DNA of 22,887 nt, taken from IMG/VR virus record IMGVR_UViG_2541047738_000004; one strand, written 5' to 3'. A model generated the notes under the pieces. The model saw only the letters and a program-made list of their open reading frames with translations. It did no database searches and was not told where the DNA came from. This stretch comes from a virus (lineage: Duplodnaviria; Heunggongvirae; Uroviricota; Caudoviricetes). Positions 16,423-22,887 of this stretch are shown here, one piece after another. Numbering within the stretch: position 1 is the stretch's first letter; every line of letters begins with the position of its first letter. A program made the translations under genes and the position numbers.

Positions 16423-17163
16423 GTGGATGGTATGCCATGCATATGTTCTATCATTTTGGTTTTGAACTCGTTTGATATCCGGCTTGGTAAAGAAAAAATC
16501 TCTCTAAAAAAAGGAAGTGTTGTTGCTATAGAATACAATTTAAAAGTTTTCTTTTCTTCAAATAAAGATAATATAATGATCGTGGATATTGAAGAGAAAA
16601 CAGTTAATGACTTCTTTAAAAACAATACACTCTCACCTTTTTCTGTAAGAAGATTTTATTCAGCATACTTGATAGTAAACTGTACAGACTATTCATTGTT
16701 AAAGAACTTGATAGGTTGCTTGAATTGTGATGGTGAAACTACGGCTGTAGTTAAAAATTCAATATTATTTGCATGTCTTGCTATTTTATCCTCGGAAAAA
16801 ATGTTTCAGAGTTTTTTGTTTGGGTGTCTTAATAGTTTAGGAAGCAAAGTTAAGGCTATTATTCACTCGGACATATCTGCAGCATGGAGACTTTGTGATA
16901 TTTCTTCAAGACTATGTCTGAGTGAAAGTTTGTTAAAAAGAAAACTAAAACACGAAGGCTTATCATTTAGCAAATTAATTCTTGAAGAACGAATGGTGAT
17001 GGCTGAAAGGTTATTAAGCTACAATTTCTATCCTGTTGGGAAAGTTGCTAAAATATGTGGTTATGAAAGCGCGTCATATTTTATAAGTGTTTTCAGAAGA
17101 TATTTTGGTGTTCCCCCCCATGAATATTCATCAAGATTTTTTTTAGAAAAAGGCAAGATGTAA
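16423..17163 (+). CDS. AraC-family transcriptional regulator (Rns/AggR/GadX/AppY-like); start uncertain (GTG 16423 or ATG 16432)
   Basis: C-terminal AraC HTH (…VGKVAKICGYESASYFISVFRRYFGVPPHEY…); markedly AT-rich coding sequence preceded by ~300 bp of AT-rich non-coding DNA. Confidence 0.75.
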   Translation: MDGMPCICSIILVLNSFDIRLGKEKISLKKGSVVAIEYNLKVFFSSNKDNIMIVDIEEKTVNDFFKNNTLSPFSVRRFYSAYLIVNCTDYSLLKNLIGCLNCDGETTAVVKNSILFACLAILSSEKMFQSFLFGCLNSLGSKVKAIIHSDISAAWRLCDISSRLCLSESLLKRKLKHEGLSFSKLILEERMVMAERLLSYNFYPVGKVAKICGYESASYFISVFRRYFGVPPHEYSSRFFLEKGKM

Positions 17164-17225
17164 CGTGATGCGTTTTGATGATTTTGTAATTTTCATATTT
17201 GATGATTATATGATGCTTTCAGCTA

Positions 17226-17252
17226 CGCCAGAATAATCGCTGGCGTTTTTCT
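17226..17252 (+). terminator. Putative rho-independent terminator after the AraC-family gene
   Basis: Hairpin CGCCAG-aataatcg-CTGGCG followed by TTTTTCTTTT. Confidence 0.45.
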
Positions 17253-17330
17253 TTTCTAATGTAACTTCTGTATCTTTCCCTCTTTCATTCCAAACCGTGT
17301 ACACCATCCGTTATTCGCGGAGGTGAGGCT

Positions 17331-17546
17331 ATGAAATCCATGGACAAGTTAACAACGGGCATTGCCTACGGCACCTCTGCAGGCAGTGCTGGCTACTGGT
17401 TTTTACAGTGGCTTGATCAGGTCAGTCCGTCACAGTGGGCGGCGATTGGAGTGCTTGGAAGCCTTGTGTTGGGTTTTCTCACTTATCTGACAAACCTTTA
17501 TTTCAAGATTAAAGAAGATAAGCGTAAGGCTGCGAGAGGTGAATAA
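17331..17546 (+). CDS. S: Phage-21-type class II holin / pinholin (dual start Met1/Met4)
   Basis: 71 aa ([71 protein letters not shown]) near-identical to S21 as recalled; RBS ggaggtgagg. Confidence 0.92.
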   Translation: MKSMDKLTTGIAYGTSAGSAGYWFLQWLDQVSPSQWAAIGVLGSLVLGFLTYLTNLYFKIKEDKRKAARGE

Positions 17547-18043
17547 TGTCGCCATCATTACGCAAGGCTGTAGCAGCTGCTATTGGTGGTGGGGCTGTTG
17601 CCATAGCGTCTGTGCTCATCACTGGTCCGAGTGGTGACGATGGTCTGGAAGGTGTCAGCTACATACCATATAAAGATATTGTTGGTGTATGGACTGTATG
17701 TCACGGGCATACAGGAAAAGACATCATGCTCGGTAAAACGTATACCAAAGCAGAATGCAAAGCACTCTTGAATAAAGACCTTGCCACTGTCGCCAGACAA
17801 ATTAACCCGTACATCAAAGTCGATATACCGGAAACAACGCGCGGCGCTCTTTACTCATTCGTTTACAACGTGGGTGCTGGCAATTTCAGAACATCGACGC
17901 TTCTTCGCAAAATAAACCAGGGCGATATCAAAGGCGCATGTGATCAGTTACGTCGCTGGACATATGCTGGCGGTAAGCAATGGAAAGGTCTCATGACTCG
18001 TCGTGAGATTGAGCGTGAAATCTGTTTGTGGGGTCAGCAATGA
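17546..18043 (+). CDS. R: SAR endolysin (T4-lysozyme-fold muramidase with N-terminal signal-anchor-release domain)
   Basis: 165 aa with an N-terminal Gly/Ala-rich weakly hydrophobic segment ([20 protein letters not shown]), matching phage 21 R21 / DLP12 RrrD. Confidence 0.92.
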   Translation: MSPSLRKAVAAAIGGGAVAIASVLITGPSGDDGLEGVSYIPYKDIVGVWTVCHGHTGKDIMLGKTYTKAECKALLNKDLATVARQINPYIKVDIPETTRGALYSFVYNVGAGNFRTSTLLRKINQGDIKGACDQLRRWTYAGGKQWKGLMTRREIEREICLWGQQ

Positions 18044-18501
18044 ACAGAGTAACCGCGATTATCTCCGCTCTGGTTATCTGCATCATCGTCTGCCTGTCAT
18101 GGGCTGTTAATCATTACCGTGATAACGCCATTACCTACAAAGCCCAGCGCGACAAAAATGCCAGAGAACTGAAGCTGGCGAACGCGGCAATTACTGACAT
18201 GCAGATGCGTCAGCGTGATGTTGCTGCGCTCGATGCAAAATACACGAAGGAGTTAGCTGATGCGAAAGCTGAAAATGATGCTCTGCGTGATGATGTTGCC
18301 GCTGGTCGTCGTCGGTTGCACATCAAAGCAGTCTGTCAGTCAGTGCGTGAAGCCACCACCGCCTCCGGCGTGGATAATGCAGCCTCCCCCCGACTGGCAG
18401 ACACCGCTGAACGGGATTATTTCACCCTCAGAGAGAGGCTGATCACGATGCAAAAACAACTGGAAGGAACCCAGAAGTATATTAATGAGCAGTGCAGATA
18501 G
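18040..18501 (+). CDS. Rz: Rz spanin, inner-membrane subunit (i-spanin)
   Basis: 153 aa from ATG 18040 ([29 protein letters not shown]…) matching lambda Rz; ATGA overlap with the endolysin stop. Confidence 0.9.
   Translation: MNRVTAIISALVICIIVCLSWAVNHYRDNAITYKAQRDKNARELKLANAAITDMQMRQRDVAALDAKYTKELADAKAENDALRDDVAAGRRRLHIKAVCQSVREATTASGVDNAASPRLADTAERDYFTLRERLITMQKQLEGTQKYINEQCR
18260..18442 (+). CDS. Rz1: Rz1 spanin, outer-membrane lipoprotein subunit (o-spanin), embedded in Rz in +1 frame
   Basis: 60 aa with lipobox [10 protein letters not shown] and proline-rich mature region (…[21 protein letters not shown]…), entirely within Rz. Confidence 0.85.
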   Translation: MRKLKMMLCVMMLPLVVVGCTSKQSVSQCVKPPPPPAWIMQPPPDWQTPLNGIISPSERG

Positions 18502-18532
18502 AGCTGCCCATATCGATGGGCAACTCATGCAA

Positions 18533-18826
18533 TTATTGTGAGCAATAGACACGCGCTTCCAGCGGAGTATAAATGCCTAAAGTAATAAAACCGAGCAATC
18601 CATTTACGAATGTTTGCTGGGTTTCTGTTTTAACAACATTTTCTGCGCCGCCACAAATTTTGGCTGCATCAACAGTTTTCTCCTGTCCAATTCCCGAAAC
18701 GAAGAAGTGATGGGTGATGGTTTCCTTTGGTGTTACTGCTGTCGGTTTGTTTCCAACAGTAAACGTCTGTTGAGCACATCCTGTAATAAGCATTGCCAGA
18801 GCGGCAGAAAACAACATTTTTTTCAT
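18533..18826 (-). CDS. bor: Bor lipoprotein (serum-resistance protein)
   Basis: 97 aa from internal ATG (MKKMLFSAALAMLITGCAQQTFTVGNKPTAV…) matching lambda Bor; the ORF-track N-terminal extension is rejected. Confidence 0.9.
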   Translation of the reverse strand: MKKMLFSAALAMLITGCAQQTFTVGNKPTAVTPKETITHHFFVSGIGQEKTVDAAKICGGAENVVKTETQQTFVNGLLGFITLGIYTPLEARVYCSQ

Positions 18827-19185
18827 CTTATTATCCTGCATTGTTAAAAACGGCAGAATCCTATGTGACAACAATTAAACGATAGTTAAATGGATTGATG
18901 AAAATTAAAACTATATAGGTGGATGCTCAGCCTATTGGAGGAGGGGGGCACTCAGAATCCTGTGGAATGAAATAAACCGCTCTTTCTGTCCATTACCCTT
19001 TTAGCTGCGCTGTATCGTCGCCGTATTCCCGCATTAACCATGACCGTAGCCCGACGGGGAATTCCTTCTGCGTGAGTGTGCGGGAATAATCAAAAACGAT
19101 GCACACCGGGTTTTACTGTGCTGACAGACGCAGGGTTACCCTCATAGTCGCTTTTCCGGTGCGATGGTGGAAGAAACCGGGATGT

Positions 19186-19380
19186 TTATTCATCATCACT
19201 TTGGATTGATGTACATGCTCTCTTTTCTGACGTTAGTCTCCGACGGCAGGCTTCAATGACCCAGGCTGAGAAATTCCCAGACCCTTTTTGCTCAAGAGCG
19301 ATGTTAATTTGTTCAATCATTTGGTTAGGAAAGCGGATGTTGCGGGTTGTTGTTCTGCGGGTTCTGTTCTTAGTTGACAT
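19186..19380 (-). CDS. YlcI-like small protein (possible DUF3950; lambda right-end small ORF)
   Basis: 64 aa (MSTKNRTRRTTTRNIRFPNQMIEQINIALEQKGSGNFSAWVIEACRRRL…), conserved next to cos in lambda/DLP12 as recalled. Confidence 0.65.
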   Translation of the reverse strand: MSTKNRTRRTTTRNIRFPNQMIEQINIALEQKGSGNFSAWVIEACRRRLTSEKRACTSIQSDDE

Positions 19381-19539
19381 GAGGTTGCCCCGTATTCAGT
19401 GTCGCTGATTTGTATTGTCTGAAGTTGTTTTTACGTTAAGTTGATGCAGATCAATTAATACGATACCTGCGTCATAATTGATTATTTGACGTGGTTTGAT
19501 GGCGTAGATGCACGTTGTGACATGTAGATGATAATTATT

Positions 19540-19768
19540 ATCATTTTGTGGGTCCTTTCCGGCGATCCGACAGGTTACGGGGCGGCGACCTCGCGGGTTT
19601 TCGCTATTTATGAAAATTTTCCGGTTTAAGGTGTTTCCGTTCTTCTTCGTCGTAACTTAATGTATTTATTTAAAATACCCCCTGAAAAGAAAGGAAACGA
19701 CAGGTGCTGAAAGCGAGCTTTTTGGCCTCTGTCGTTTCCTTTCTCTGTTTTTGTCCGTGGAATGAGCA
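19540..19768 (+). other. cos: cos site: cosQ, cosN (12-nt cohesive end GGGCGGCGACCT at 19580..19591) and cosB
   Basis: …CCGACAGGTTACG|GGGCGGCGACCTCGCGGGTTTTCGCTATTTATGAAAATTTTCCGG… matches the lambda right-end/left-end junction as recalled. Confidence 0.88.
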
Positions 19769-20288
19769 ATGGAAGTCAACAAAAAGCAGCTGGCTGACAT
19801 TTTCGGTGCGAGTATCCGTACCATTCAGAACTGGCAGGAACAGGGAATGCCCGTTCTGCGAGGCGGTGGCAAGGGTAATGAGGTGCTTTATGACTCTGCC
19901 GCCGTCATAAAATGGTATGCCGAAAGGGATTCTGAAATTGAGAACGAAAAGCTGCGCCGGGAGGTTGAAGAACTGCGGCAGGCCAGCGAGGCAGATCTCC
20001 AGCCAGGAACTATTGAGTACGAACGCCATCGACTTACGCGTGCGCAGGCCGACGCACAGGAACTGAAGAATGCCAGAGACTCCGCTGAAGTGGTGGAAAC
20101 CGCATTCTGTACTTTCGTGTTGTCGCGGATCGCAGGTGAAATTGCCAGTATTCTCGACGGGCTCCCCCTGTCGGTGCAGCGGCGTTTTCCGGAACTGGAA
20201 AACCGACATGTTGATTTCCTGAAACGGGATATCATCAAAGCCATGAACAAAGCAGCCGCGCTGGATGAACTGATACCGGGGTTGCTGA

Positions 20289-20314
<26 letters not shown>
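19769..20314 (+). CDS. Nu1: Terminase small subunit Nu1
   Basis: 181 aa matching lambda Nu1 (MEVNKKQLADIFGASIRTIQNWQEQGMPVLRGGGKGNEVLYD…). Confidence 0.97.
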
Positions 20315-22878
<2,564 letters not shown>

Positions 22879-22887
22879 GAGGCACCT

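Noticed and set aside
18504-18522. Palindrome TGCCCATATCGATGGGCA between Rz and bor as a bidirectional terminator
   Set aside because: The stem is short and there is no flanking T/A-tract on either side; insufficient to call.
18827-18874. N-terminal extension of bor (MLSHRILPFLTMQDNK…)
   Set aside because: Lambda Bor starts at MKKMLFSAALAML with its lipoprotein signal peptide; the extension has no support.
19670-20250. Minus-strand ORFs (179 and 120 aa) overlapping cos and Nu1
   Set aside because: They overlap the lambda-identical cosB/Nu1 region on the wrong strand; lambda has no genes there.

Overview
This window is the left ~23 kb of a lambdoid prophage (a lambda / phage 21 / DLP12-like mosaic) integrated at the 3' end of icd. 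All identifications rest on reading the supplied ORF translations and the DNA by eye and on remembered lambda, P22, phage 21 and DLP12 sequences; no database search or computation was run. Gene order: icd 3' end, three tandem arm-type repeats, int/xis, small early-left ORFs, exo-bet-gam-kil-cIII-ea10, sieB, a P22-type N with matching nutL, then an unrecognised 299-aa single-pass membrane protein in the slot lambda uses for rexAB (between pL/N and cI). This is followed by cI, an operator region, cro, nutR, cII, oop, O (with ori iterons), P, ren, a nin region (ninB, Dam-type methyltransferase, ninE, ninX-like, ninF-like, rusA, ylcG-like) and a QuuD-like Q with pR'/tR'. Between Q and the lysis genes sits an AT-rich cargo island: a Blc-like lipocalin, a DUF523/DUF1722 (TudS/YbgA-like) protein and an AraC-family regulator. 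The late region has a phage-21-type lysis cassette (dual-start holin, SAR endolysin, Rz/Rz1), bor, a DUF3950-like gene, an intact lambda cos, Nu1, A, W and a portal gene that breaks after ~126 codons into a diverged 95-bp copy of an internal segment of gene A. The strongest candidate for an undescribed system is the 299-aa membrane protein at 7191..8090; the cargo island and the portal/terminase junction are the next most interesting.
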